From an uncultured delta proteobacterium (lineage in GTDB: Bacteria > Myxococcota_A > Polyangia > Polyangiales > Polyangiaceae): a DNA stretch of 64,000 nucleotides. The notes beneath the pieces were generated by a model. It saw nothing but the letters and a program-made list of their open reading frames with translations, did not search any database and had not been told where the DNA came from. This document shows positions 51,351 to 62,100 of the stretch, one piece after another; the stretch's first letter is position 1, and every line of letters begins with the position of its first letter. Location: contig CAWKKR010000008.1 in assembly GCA_963850305.1 (NCBI GenBank), positions 832,001 through 896,000 on the forward strand, read 5' to 3'. Made by a program: the position numbers and the translations under genes.

Positions 51351-53312
51351 TCAGGACGAAGCGCCAATCAGGGTTTCCAGAGCCGCTTCGAGTTCGTCTA
51401 TCTGGACGGGTTTCGTCAGATAACGGTAAAAGCCGGCTTCTTCCCCGCGCTGCCGGTCGCGATCGGACGCCGCGGCCGTCAACGCAATGACGGGGATGGC
51501 GCGCGTTTCCGGAATGGAGCGCAGGGTGACGAGCGCGTCGAGGCCGCTCATCCCTGGCAGATTGATATCCATGATGATCACCGTCGGCACCTTCGCGCGC
51601 GCAAGCGCCACGCCGATCTCCGCAGTAGGCGCCGTCAGGAGCTCGATACCGTCGAAGTTGCCGAGCAGATCCTCCATGAACCGCACGTTGGCGGGATTGT
51701 CCTCGATGTAGAGGATCGAACGCTGGCCCACCGCGCGAAGGCGCGGTCCTTCGTTCGCTGGCGACGGAACCGCAGCGAGCGCTCCGTTCGTGAGCGCGTG
51801 GATCGGCATGTCCACCCAGAACTCCGAGCCCTCGCCCTCGATGCTTCGAAAGCCGACGGTCCCGTTCATGAGGCCGGCGAGCCGCTTCGTGATCACGAGA
51901 CCGATACCCGTGCCCTCGATCGAGCCTGTCTCCTGTCCGGCGCGCTGGAACGGCTGGAAAAGCTTCCCTTGTTTCTCCTCCGGGATGCCCATCCCCGTGT
52001 CGGTCACGGCGACGCGAACGAAGCCGTCGTTTGGCCTCGAGACGGCGAACGTCACGCAACCTCCCGGGCGGTTGTACTTGATGGCGTTCGAGCCGAAATT
52101 CATCAAGATCTGCGCGAAGCGGGTGCGATCGGCCGTGAGCATGGGCACCGGTTCTGCACCGATCTGGACGACGACCGAAAGCCCGCTGCGGGCTGCCATG
52201 GGCTCGAGCGTCGATTGAACGTGACGGAGAACGTCAGCGACGCTCACGGGTTCCGTCGAGAGCGAGACCGCTCCCGCCTCGATGCGCGAGAGATCCAGGA
52301 TGTCGTCGATGAGCCGGAGGAGGTGCTCGCCGCCTTTGAGGATCTGCGTGACGCGCCCCTGGTGTCGTTCCGACAGGGGCTCTCTCTTGTCTCGCCGCAG
52401 GAGCTGGGCGAATCCGAGGATGGCGTTCAGGGGCGTGCGAAGCTCGTGGCTCATCGAAGACAGGAAATCGCTTTTGGCTGCGCTGGCCGCTTCCGCGGCG
52501 GCCCGCGCGATGCTGAGCTCTTCGGCCACGCGCACGTCGTTGGTCAGATCCCAGATCATCCGAACCGTGCCACCCTCGATGGTGCGGCGATCCACGACGC
52601 GAAGGCTGCGACCGTCACGTGTTCGTACGTCGAACGTGCTCTGATGTTCGCGGAAGGTCGTGACGCGGTCTCTGCGGAAATCGGCCTGCTCTTCCGCGTT
52701 CGAAAATGCGAGATCGACGAGCCACGCGTCGAGGATCTCATCGTGCGACTTTCCGACGAGCGGGCCCGGAAGGGACTCGGCGACGAGTCTCCGAAAGACG
52801 CTGTTGCACAGGACGAGTTGGTCTTCCTTGTCGAAGAGCGCGAAAGCATCCTGGATGCTCTCGACGGCGCTCGAGAGGCGATCGGCCGCCAGCTTGGCCT
52901 TGGCTTCGGTGCGCTTCCGTTCCGAGATGTCGCGAAGCGCAGCCGACACGAGCGCGCCGTCTTTCGTGAAGACGGGGCTCAGGCTGACTTCGATCGCGAT
53001 TTCCTTGCCGTCTGCGCGGCGCCCGAAGAGCTCCAGCCCGGACCCCATGGGACGTGTGCCGGGGTCCGCGAAGAAGCGCGCCACGTGGCTGCGGTGATTT
53101 CGCCGGAGCCGCTCCGGAATGAGAGTCTCGAGCGTCAGCCCGAGGAGCTCGGAACGCGCATAGCCGAACAGGCGTTCCGTTTGCACGTTCACGTATTGGA
53201 TCTTCTCGTCGGGTCCCACGATGACCATCGCGTCCGGCGCGGTCTCGAGAACCTGCCGGAACCACTCTTCCCGGCTCTGATTCGAAACATCGTCGGTCGT
53301 CGGACTAGTCAT
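51351..53312 (-). CDS. Hybrid PAS-PAS sensor histidine kinase with C-terminal receiver
   Basis: PAS domain with H..H..PMG (FixL-like), SHELRTPLN, N.IKY, DTGMG, GTGIGL; receiver MDINLP. Confidence 0.93.
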   Translation of the reverse strand: MTSPTTDDVSNQSREEWFRQVLETAPDAMVIVGPDEKIQYVNVQTERLFGYARSELLGLTLETLIPERLRRNHRSHVARFFADPGTRPMGSGLELFGRRADGKEIAIEVSLSPVFTKDGALVSAALRDISERKRTEAKAKLAADRLSSAVESIQDAFALFDKEDQLVLCNSVFRRLVAESLPGPLVGKSHDEILDAWLVDLAFSNAEEQADFRRDRVTTFREHQSTFDVRTRDGRSLRVVDRRTIEGGTVRMIWDLTNDVRVAEELSIARAAAEAASAAKSDFLSSMSHELRTPLNAILGFAQLLRRDKREPLSERHQGRVTQILKGGEHLLRLIDDILDLSRIEAGAVSLSTEPVSVADVLRHVQSTLEPMAARSGLSVVVQIGAEPVPMLTADRTRFAQILMNFGSNAIKYNRPGGCVTFAVSRPNDGFVRVAVTDTGMGIPEEKQGKLFQPFQRAGQETGSIEGTGIGLVITKRLAGLMNGTVGFRSIEGEGSEFWVDMPIHALTNGALAAVPSPANEGPRLRAVGQRSILYIEDNPANVRFMEDLLGNFDGIELLTAPTAEIGVALARAKVPTVIIMDINLPGMSGLDALVTLRSIPETRAIPVIALTAAASDRDRQRGEEAGFYRYLTKPVQIDELEAALETLIGASS

Positions 53313-54433
53313 GAGGGATCCTGATCTTGAAAATGGCGCCGGGGGCTCCGTCTTCGATCCAAGTTCGGCCGCCGTGCGCTTCGACGGCCAGTTTGCAAAA
53401 CGCGAGGCCGAGTCCACGCCCGCTCCTGGTGAGACGGCGATCGCCGCCGGGTTCTGCTTGAACGAAAGGGTCGAAGACGCGCTCGCGGAGCTCGCTCGGC
53501 ACACCCGAGCCAGAGTCGGTCACGGAAAGCTCGGTGCCGCCCTCCGCGGCGATGGCCCGGATCGAAACGACCGTTTCCGGCGGCGCGTGTCGGATCGCGT
53601 TTTCGACCAGATTCACGAGAATTCGTCGCAAGAGGTCCGCGTCGGCATGGATCCGGTCGACGCCGGCGAAGGATTCCAGCCGAATGCGGCGCGCCTGCGC
53701 CGTCGCGCCGAGCTCATCGGTGAGATCCGTGAAGAGTACGTGCACGTCCAGGCTCCCTGGCCTGGCGACGAGCTTGCCTTCGTCCCCTTTGCTGAGGTCG
53801 AGCAGGTTCAAGAATCATCCGGCCGAGCTGGCGTGCCTCGCTTCGAATCTGGGTCACCGAAGCGCGCGCGCTCTCCGAGAGACTTGGGTCGCGGAGCAAG
53901 ACCTGAGCGTGAAGATCCATCGAGTTCACCGGGTTCTTCAGATCGTGAACGAGAAATGCCGTCAGACGCTCCTTCTGAAGCTGGACTCGCAGGAGATCGT
54001 CGCGCTGGTGCTTGAGGAGCTCGTAGTGCTCCCGGAGCTCTCCTCGCATCTGGCGGAGCTTGAGCGCGATCTGAACGCGCGCAACGAGCTCCGCCGGGCG
54101 CACCGGCTTCGTGAGAAAGTCGTCTCCGCCGGCCATGAGCGCGCGGTCGAACGTGTCCACGTCCCGGAGCGCCGTCAGAAAGATGACGGGCGTCTCCGCG
54201 CCGCGGGGGAGCTCACGAATCCGCGCGCACGCCGTGAAGCCATCGATGTCCGGCATCCTCACGTCGAGCAGGACGCAGTCCGGCGCGTCGCGCGAAACTG
54301 CTTCGACAGCCGCGACGCCGCCCGTCGCAAGGACGACGTGGTAGCCCTCGTCTTCGAGGGTGCTCGCCGCGAGCGTGCGGTTCGCCTCGTTGTCGTCGAC
54401 CACGAGTATGCGGCTAGGGGGAGCGACCTCCAT
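53305..54433 (-). CDS. Receiver-histidine kinase hybrid, frameshifted near 53812
   Basis: Receiver (VVDD, LDVRMP) and HDLKNP in one frame; NLLDLS, NL.ENA, D.G.G and GLGL in the next frame. Confidence 0.85.
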
Positions 54434-54528
54434 GACTTTTGCGGGCCCGAACGTATCATTGTCGCGGGCACTACGAAGGGTCGCAGGAACAATTCGGCCG
54501 GGGCCCAGCGAAAAGCGGCCCCGATGCA

Positions 54529-55602
54529 TCACTTCGACGCGTCGTGCGGGCATAGAACGCGAAGAGCATTCCGGTTGAAGATACGCTCGACATCGTCGTG
54601 GCTCATCCCGGACGCGACGAGCGCGCGAGCGAGCACCGGGAAGCGCGCCGCGGTTTCGAGGCCATCCGGCGCGCGCACGCCCTCGTAACCCGAGCCGATC
54701 GCGACATGGTCGATGCCGGCCACTCGCGCCATGTACAGGATTTGGCGAAGGAGATCGTGCAGCGACGCCGCGTGGCCGCGCACGATCCGATGCTCGTCGA
54801 AGCTAACTGCTACTACCCCTCCGCTCGCGCCGACGGCACGCAGCTCGGAATCCGTCAGATTTCTCGCGTCGCCTGCTTCTCTCCAGGCATTCGAAGAGAT
54901 GCTGACCACCGGAGCCTTGAGCTCCCTGGCGATCTCGAGCACGTCCTGGCGAGTCATTGCGGAACCGGAACCGATGTCCACGATGCCTCCGGCTGCGTAG
55001 ATTCGCCGCACGACCTCGGCGCCACGAGAGCTCAGCCCGACGACCGGCCCCGGCGGCGGATCCTTCCACGACGTCGCGAGCTCGTTGTCCTCCGAGTCGA
55101 CGAGGCGGAACAGGCGAACCCCGCGCGTGACCCAAAGTCCAATCTTGGTCGGCTCGCGCGCAAGCTCCGACGCACCGTCGATCGCAAACCACGTGCGGAT
55201 CCCGTCCGACGGGCGCGAGCAGCCCGGCGAGCGGAACTCACCCGACTGGGAAAGCCAGCGCTCGACGTCGTGAAACACCGTGTCCGTCGTCATGTCGAGG
55301 GGAGCCCATGGCCTCGGCTCGTGCAACGGCAGAACGACACCTACGACATTGCCTTGCCGGAGTCGGAGGTCGGTCGCTTGCCCGCGTTCGCCGTCGAACG
55401 GCTGGGGACCGTTCAGTGAGCGCGGAGTGAGTTCCTCCGCGAGATCGACGACGGGAATCGCCGTGTCCTCGCTTTTCGCGTCGTGTGGAAGCAGAGCGAA
55501 CAGGCCGACGCCGAATGCGAGCAACTTCCTCGCGGCTCGCCCTCGTCGACCTCGTGCCCTCGACACATCCGGAGAGACGAGCGTCATCGGCGTCGGGTTC
55601 AC
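54529..55602 (-). CDS. Membrane dipeptidase (M19)-like protein with degenerate active site
   Basis: GLS..G..VV, RNLTD.EL, GIDHVAIGS and N.LR motifs are present; metal-ligand motifs are altered. Confidence 0.75.
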   Translation of the reverse strand: MNPTPMTLVSPDVSRARGRRGRAARKLLAFGVGLFALLPHDAKSEDTAIPVVDLAEELTPRSLNGPQPFDGERGQATDLRLRQGNVVGVVLPLHEPRPWAPLDMTTDTVFHDVERWLSQSGEFRSPGCSRPSDGIRTWFAIDGASELAREPTKIGLWVTRGVRLFRLVDSEDNELATSWKDPPPGPVVGLSSRGAEVVRRIYAAGGIVDIGSGSAMTRQDVLEIARELKAPVVSISSNAWREAGDARNLTDSELRAVGASGGVVAVSFDEHRIVRGHAASLHDLLRQILYMARVAGIDHVAIGSGYEGVRAPDGLETAARFPVLARALVASGMSHDDVERIFNRNALRVLCPHDASK

Positions 55603-56027
55603 GGCGCCCAGTAGGCGTCGAAGACGTGATCCTGGATGACCTCGAGGTCCGCTTCCGCGATGTCCTTCGGGACGGACGCGACGATGAGCGCGCGGGTCGC
55701 CTCGTCCAGCGCGGCGCGCAAGAGTCCCAGGAAGTGAGGCTCCGCGACCAGAATTATCCGTTCGACGGCGTGATCGGTCCGGCCTCGGCGAAGCTCCCCC
55801 GCGAGTTCCTTGGCAAAGTCATGGGCTGCGTGTTCGTGGGGTGAGGTGTTCTGCTGACGTCCTCTTGCATGGCTATCGAAGGTTCGATGCGAGCTTCCGC
55901 CTTCGATGCTTTCGTCGCGTCCTCGGCCCGAGGGGAATTCGATATTCTCCACCAGGCCGAGCCTTCGCCCATCCCGCGCGAAGATGCGCGCGCTCACGCG
56001 ATTCGCAACAAGAACCCATGTAGCCAT
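55599..56027 (-). CDS. Host attachment (AtsE/baeRF12-like) protein
   Basis: TWVLVA....ARIF, FAKELA, LVAEPHFLGLLR and V.KD. Confidence 0.88.
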   Translation of the reverse strand: MATWVLVANRVSARIFARDGRRLGLVENIEFPSGRGRDESIEGGSSHRTFDSHARGRQQNTSPHEHAAHDFAKELAGELRRGRTDHAVERIILVAEPHFLGLLRAALDEATRALIVASVPKDIAEADLEVIQDHVFDAYWAP

Positions 56028-56056
56028 TGGCCTCTCGCTTTCTCTGACCGAGAAAC

Positions 56057-56072
56057 AGCAAGCGGCATGCCG
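56057..56072 (-). promoter_or_regulatory. sigma-54 promoter; upstream palindromes at 56126-56138 and 56145-56157
   Basis: CGGCATGCCGCTTGCT. Confidence 0.72.
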
Positions 56073-56198
56073 CCGGTCGGGACCGCGGCCTCGGGACGAT
56101 TTTCGTCCATTCGAGCTCGGCGAGACGCAGAACGTGCGCTGGAGCGCACAGCCTGCGAACGCCTGGCTTCGGGTGTCGGTTCGAGGCGCCAGCCACGG

Positions 56199-57458
56199 TT
56201 ATCTCCCGACTGCAGGACCGATCCTGGCCCTGCGGCGTGTTCGTCGAATGAGCGCGGCGTGGCAGGCGAACGCGAGTGCGCCGTTGATGAATAGCGCCCG
56301 GCGCACTCCCCAGTGCGAGGTGACCATTCCCGTGACCAGATTGCCGATGGGCGCCCCGCCGCGCAACGCCAGTGTGTACATGCTGGAGAGACGGCCACGG
56401 AGACGGCTGTCTATGGAGCCTTGAAGGATGGAGTTGGCGGCGGTGTTGCTCGCGACCATCGCAACGCCCACGATGAAGAGGAGCGCGAGTTCGAGAGCGA
56501 AGCTTCGACCCAGAGCCAGGGCCGCGACGACGACGCTCAGACAAACCGCGGCGAGGCTCGACAGAATCTGCCGGTGTCGATTCGTCTTGAGAGGTAAGAC
56601 GACCGAGGCGCCGACGAGTCCACCGAAACCGAACACGGAGAGTGCACCGCCGAATTCACGGCTTCCCAGATGAAAGGCGTCCCTGACGAGCACCGGCAAG
56701 AACGTGACCGTGGGCATGCACAGCAAGCTCGTCACCACGACCGTCAGGATTGCGCGCCGGAGCCGGTGCCTCCTTGCGATCGTCGTGGCGGCTTCCAGGA
56801 TGGATGCGCGAGCGAAAGTCGAGCCGTTTCGTGGGGAAGGTGCGGGAGCCGGGATGCGGAGCAGGTACAGCGCGAGGAGATAGGGCGCATAGGACGAGGC
56901 GTTGAGCACGAAACAGGCGATGGGACCGACGGCGGCCATCGCCACGCCGGCGAAGAAGGGTCCGAGCACTCGTGAGAGGTTGAGCTGCGCCGAGTTGAGC
57001 ACCACGGCGCTCGGAACTGCGTCCTCCGGCACCGACGAAGGGACGAGTGCGTTGATTGAAGGACCGGACAAAGCGTCCGTCACGCCGACCACGAGCGAGA
57101 GAGCGATGACCATCCAGACCCGGATGCGTCCCGTGAGGAGAAGCACGACCACGAGCACCGGGCAGATCACCTGGATGCCCTGAAAGAGCAGCGCGGTTCG
57201 GCGGCGGTCCGCGCGGTCGGCGATGACACCTCCCGCCAAAATGAGCGCCCAGATGGGCGCGTCCGTCATGAACGAATCGAGGCCGAGCAAGAACGCCGAG
57301 TTCGACAGCCGAAGGACGAGCCACGGCTCTGCGACCTGCTGCATCCAGGTGCCGGTGTTCGACAGCAAATTCCCGAGCCAGAGGATCGAGAAATTGCGTG
57401 ATCGCAAAGCCAGAAAGACGCTGGACTTCGAACCCGGAGGTCTTGCCGAGTCGGGCAC
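56199..57458 (-). CDS. MFS transporter
   Basis: RNF..LW.G..SNTGTWMQ, GVIADR.DRR and LRGR; about 12 TM segments. Confidence 0.93.
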   Translation of the reverse strand: MPDSARPPGSKSSVFLALRSRNFSILWLGNLLSNTGTWMQQVAEPWLVLRLSNSAFLLGLDSFMTDAPIWALILAGGVIADRADRRRTALLFQGIQVICPVLVVVLLLTGRIRVWMVIALSLVVGVTDALSGPSINALVPSSVPEDAVPSAVVLNSAQLNLSRVLGPFFAGVAMAAVGPIACFVLNASSYAPYLLALYLLRIPAPAPSPRNGSTFARASILEAATTIARRHRLRRAILTVVVTSLLCMPTVTFLPVLVRDAFHLGSREFGGALSVFGFGGLVGASVVLPLKTNRHRQILSSLAAVCLSVVVAALALGRSFALELALLFIVGVAMVASNTAANSILQGSIDSRLRGRLSSMYTLALRGGAPIGNLVTGMVTSHWGVRRALFINGALAFACHAALIRRTRRRARIGPAVGR

Positions 57459-57491
57459 GCGAAACCAATCTACCGGGGAAGACGGCTCCGG

Positions 57492-58443
57492 TCAGGACGC
57501 CGCCTTCAGCGCGACGCCGCTTTCTCGACGTGCGTCTTCTTCTCGAAGGCGCCTCGAGAGCCGCGCATGTTCGGGAGTTCCTTCGAGGCTCGCGAGCACG
57601 CGCTCCGGCGTCCCCCAGTCCGACCATCCGCAAGGCGCGAGCCGCACGATCCCGAGCGCATCCGCGCGCTCGAGTACGTCGCGCGAGAAATCGGCGGCGC
57701 TCATGTCGTCGTAGCATTCGGAGAGCAGGCGCCGCTCCCACGGCCGTCCGATGGCGTGGCGGTACGAGTGAAGGCGCGCGCACTGCGCGGGCATGTTCTC
57801 GCTCCCCAGCTGCCAGAAGCGGTTGGCCGAGGCCGACCATCATGAATGTGTTCCACAGCGCGCCGCGCGCGAAAAGGTTCTCTGCCTTCTGTCGGGTCGG
57901 TTTTTCGAGAAACGCGGTCACTCGATTCGAGTCCGCGACGATCCATCCGTACTGAGTCTCGGGCGCCTCGGGAGTTGCACCGATGAGCACGACTCGATCG
58001 GTGTCTCTCGCCATGGTTTCGGCTTGCCTCACCGCGTCGAGCAGCGGCGCCTCGTCCCGGACGTGATGGTCCGAAGGCATCACGGCCACCATCGCCGACG
58101 GGTCGCGTGCGAGCACGTGCGATAGAGGGAGGAGCAACCCCGGGCCCGTTCCACGGTTCTTCGGCTGGACGACGATCTCGACGTCCCCGAAGTTCCGGAG
58201 CTGTTCGCGCGCGACCGACTCTTGCTCTTGCGCAACGACGACGACGGTGTGCTCCGGCTTGCTCCAGCGGGACGTTCTCGAAAGCGTCGCCTGGAGAAGC
58301 GATCGGCTCCCGACTATGCTCGCATATTGCTTCGGCACGTCCGCGCCGTGAATCGCTCGCGTGAGAGGGCGCAGGCGCGTTCCTTCACCGGCGGCGAGAA
58401 TGATGGTCCAGAGGTTTGCTCGAGGTCGGTTGTTCTGGGTCAT
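57492..58443 (-). CDS. Mannose-1-phosphate guanylyltransferase-like nucleotidyltransferase, frameshifted near 57830
   Basis: IILAAG.GTRL..PKQY, QP.NRGT, PSDH, FLEKP, LWNTF; the next frame has DFSRDVL..GWSDWGTPER. Confidence 0.85.
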
Positions 58444-58457
58444 GTGACCCCTGCTTG

Positions 58458-58473
58458 TGCAAGGGGCTTGCCA
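58458..58473 (-). promoter_or_regulatory. sigma-54 promoter; upstream palindromes at 58518-58530 and 58537-58549
   Basis: TGGCAAGCCCCTTGCA. Confidence 0.75.
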
Positions 58474-58644
58474 TGTTTCGCGTTGGAGTCATTCACCGTC
58501 TCGGTCTCGATGGCGCGTGCACCGATTGCGCCGGTCCGAAAACGGTGCGGCATTGAGGGAGATGCGGGGCTCGGGGGGAAGTTCGGGGCGCGCGCTCACC
58601 CACCGCATCGCCCACGCGAGGGCACTCGCCCAATCGAAACGCCC

Positions 58645-59040
58645 ACGCGCCAAGATCACGAACGATCACGCCAAGATCACGAACGATCACGCCGTGGTTC
58701 ACGACGATCTCGTCGAGGATGGACATGATCTCGTCGAGGACGGAGGCATCCGTGCCGAGGACGGAGGCGTCCGCGTCGAGGACGGAGGCGTCCGCGTCGA
58801 GGACGGAGGCGTCCGCGCCCAGGATGCAGGCGTCCGCGCCCAGGACGCAGGCGTCCGCGCCCAGGACGCAGGCGTCCGCGCCCAGGACGCAGGCGTCCGC
58901 GCCCAGGACGCAGGCGTCCGCGCCCAGGATGCAGGCGTCCGCGCCCAGGACGCAGGCGTCCGCGCCCAGGACGCAGGCGTCCGCGCCCAGGATGCAGGCG
59001 TCCGCGCCCAGGACGTGCATGGTCTCGTCGAGGACGCACG
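58645..59040. repeat. 21-bp-period tandem array with progressive unit drift
   Basis: GTCCGCGCCCAGGA(C/T)GCAGGC x9 plus a partial unit (58811-59015), preceded by diverged 21-mers. Confidence 0.95.
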
Positions 59041-59116
59041 CGTCCGCGGTCCGGACATGGCCGTCCAGGGCGACGGAAGCATCCTCTGAGCGCTTCGAAG
59101 CTAGGGCTACTGGTCG

Positions 59117-62100
59117 TTAGCTCGGCGTGACCTGGATCACCTGCGCGGGTGCGGATGCCTTCTGGTCGGGCTGGTAGTAGAGGAAGGCCTGCCCGCCACC
59201 ATCGGACGCGGTGATCGGCATCGTTGCGACGAGGTGATAGGCGAACGCGGCCGTCGTGTTCGGAGCGATCGACGTGAGGTAGAGCGTGAGCTGTCGCTCG
59301 GTGAGCTCGTAGTAGCTCAGGGTGCCCCCCGCTTTGTAAGCGTCGAGATCCGCGGTGTTCACCGAGAAGCCAGGTGGAATGCCCACCGTGACGAGCACCA
59401 TGTTCTCCGTGCTCGCCGTCGTGTTCGCGACCGAGACGGTGGCTTGCACGGTGTCGTTCAGGCGGAGCGTCGTCTTGTCGTAGGCGACGCTGATGTCGAG
59501 CGGACCGGTGTTCGCGGGCACGTCGGTCCACGGCTCGTTGTACCGCTGCACGATCTCGTAGCCGGGCGCTCCCGAGCCCGAGAACCCGAGCGTCACGATG
59601 TGCGTTCCGCCGGAAGCGAGACTCGAGAGGTCGACGGTGGTGAGCAGATCTCCCTGGGCCTGACTCATCCCGACCGTCGTGAACGGAGCGCCGTCCAATC
59701 CCACGCTGACGGTGCCGGCGGCGATGGCCGCGCCCTTCGTCGCCGCGAGAACGAGCGCGCGGAGTGCCCACACCGTCGCCTGCGTCGAGCCGAAGTTTCC
59801 GTTCGGATTCTTCGATGCATCGAGGAATGAAAGCGCGCCGTTCACGTCGCTCGGGTAACCGCCCGCCGTCAGGAGCGCGTATGCCACGATGCCCGTCGTC
59901 GCGACCGTGGAGTCCTGTCCCGAGCCGTAGAAGTTCGTCTGCGTTCCGCCGGAGTCCCAGGAGACGTTCTGACCGTCGATCTTCTTCATGCCGTCGAGTT
60001 GCGACAGGACCTGGGTCAGGAACGGATCGCTCGGCGCAGCGGCAGCGAACGCGTTCGCGACGAGCCCGAGCGTGTAAGCGTCCTGCCCCGCGAGGGACGC
60101 CGTCTTGAGGTAGGCGATCCCGCGCGACAGCTCGGGCCCGGCGTCGCCCGCGCTCGCGAGGGCCCACACGACGAACGCGGTGTTCCGGAGCGCGCTCGCC
60201 TGCACCGTGAAAAACTCGGATCGGTCCGGCGCCCACGACCCATCCGATTGTTGCTGCGCGACGAGCCACGCCTTCGTGCGCGAGAGCATCGCCGCGTCCA
60301 CCGTGTGGACCTTGGACATGTCCGCGAACTCCATGACTCCGAGCGCCGTTACGCTGAGATAAGGGGAAGGATCTTGCGTGCCGAACCACGAGAAACCACC
60401 ACCCGGATGCTCGAACGTGAGGAGCCGCTGGTAGCCGGCGTTGATGTACGAATCAGCTTTGAGCTCCACATCGGGGGTCCCCTGCTTGGTCGCCTGCATG
60501 TAATCGAGCGCGAGCACGTCCGGCCACGTCGTGGACGTGGTCTGCTCGAAGCAGCCGTTCGGCACCTGGAGAATGCTGTCCATGCCCTGCACCACTTGCG
60601 ACAGATAGCCGGGGAACAGGTTCACGTAGAGTTGCGCGGATCCGGGCACTTCGTCCGCTGGAAAGGTGAAGGACTCGGTTACGCCGCTCGCGGGCACGGA
60701 GCCCGAGCGCGACACCGGCACGACCTGCCCGTTCGGCACGACCGTAACCGAGCGCGACACCGCATCCGACGCCTTGGTGCCGATGGCCTGGACCGTGAGC
60801 GATTGATGTCCGACCGCCGTGACCTGCACCGGGAACCTGACGCCCGTGACCTCACCTGGATCGAGCGGGACGTCCATGGCCGTCGCGCCCACCGGCGTGA
60901 ACCAGCTCGCGGACTGGAGCGTGAGATGGACGATCTGCGAGGTGGTCAGGTAGTTGTAGACGGTGATCGGAAACTCGACCTCGTCACCGAGCGTCAGCGA
61001 TGACGGAAGGCTCGCGTCCACGAAGAAGTCCTGGAACACGGTCATGCTGCCCTGGCCGCCGCCGAGCTTGCCCGTGCCGGTGTTCGCGAGCGCGGAGACC
61101 TTCCACTGGGTGATGCTGTCGGCGAGCGGGATCTGCACGCTGGCGGTGCCGTCCGCACCCGTGATGACCTCCGGGTTCACGTAGAGCGTCTCCGGAAAGC
61201 TCTGCCGCACGCGCGGAGCCGTGTCGCTCGCGCCCGTCCCCCCGCCGGAAGCGGCCTGGGTGCTCGCCGAACCACCCGCTCCAAGGGCCCCGCCCGGCGC
61301 TCCGAGGAAACCGCCGCCCCCGAAGGTGACATCGCTGACGAGGTTCGCGTTCAGATCCGTCGCGGCGATCGCGATCGTGACGTCGTCCGCGGTGCCCGGT
61401 CGCTCGTCGGGGCCCATCGAAACGAGATCGAGGAAGTCGACGCCGGTCGTGCTGACGGTGAAGGGATTGCCCCAGTAATCGACGGCCGAAATGTCCCGCG
61501 CGAGTCGCGACTGGAGCGCCGCGTAGTACGAGGTGCCGAGCGAGGAGCAGTAATAGCCGGATGCCGTGCACCCCTGGTTCTCGAGGAGCGCCGACTCCGC
61601 GGCGAGCAGCGAATTGACGACGGCGACCAGGCTCGCCTTCGTCGTGGCAAGGTAAGGTGCGAGCAGGGTGTCGACCGCGGTGACGACCGCCGGCCAGCTC
61701 CCGTCCTCGATGCCGGTGACCCCGGAGCCCCCGATCGCCGCGAACGTCGCGGCCGCTTCGGTTTGCGCGGCCTGACTCGCGGACGGATCCGTCGCCGCGG
61801 TGCCGGTGAAGAGCAGGTCCGGCAGCGAAGCCGGCGGCGCGTCGATCTGGTAAGTGGGCTGTGAGTAGCTGTCCTCGAGCTGGAAGAAGGTCTGCAAGAG
61901 CCCCGGCTGCGCATCCACGAGCCCGAACACGGCCGCGTCCACGACCTGGACACCGACCGCCGCGACCGCGGGTTTTCCGGAAGAGTCCTTCACGGCGAAG
62001 CTGAGCGTCGCGGTCTGTCCTGGGGTGTACGTGCTCTTGTCGGCCGTGATGGTGACGTCGAGGGACGCGTCGTCCCGGACGTAGAGGGTCTTGCCCGCGC

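Noticed and set aside
58457..59120. ORFs over the second 21-bp array
   Set aside because: They are open in multiple frames, and one overlaps the sigma-54 promoter and enhancer. Treated as non-coding.
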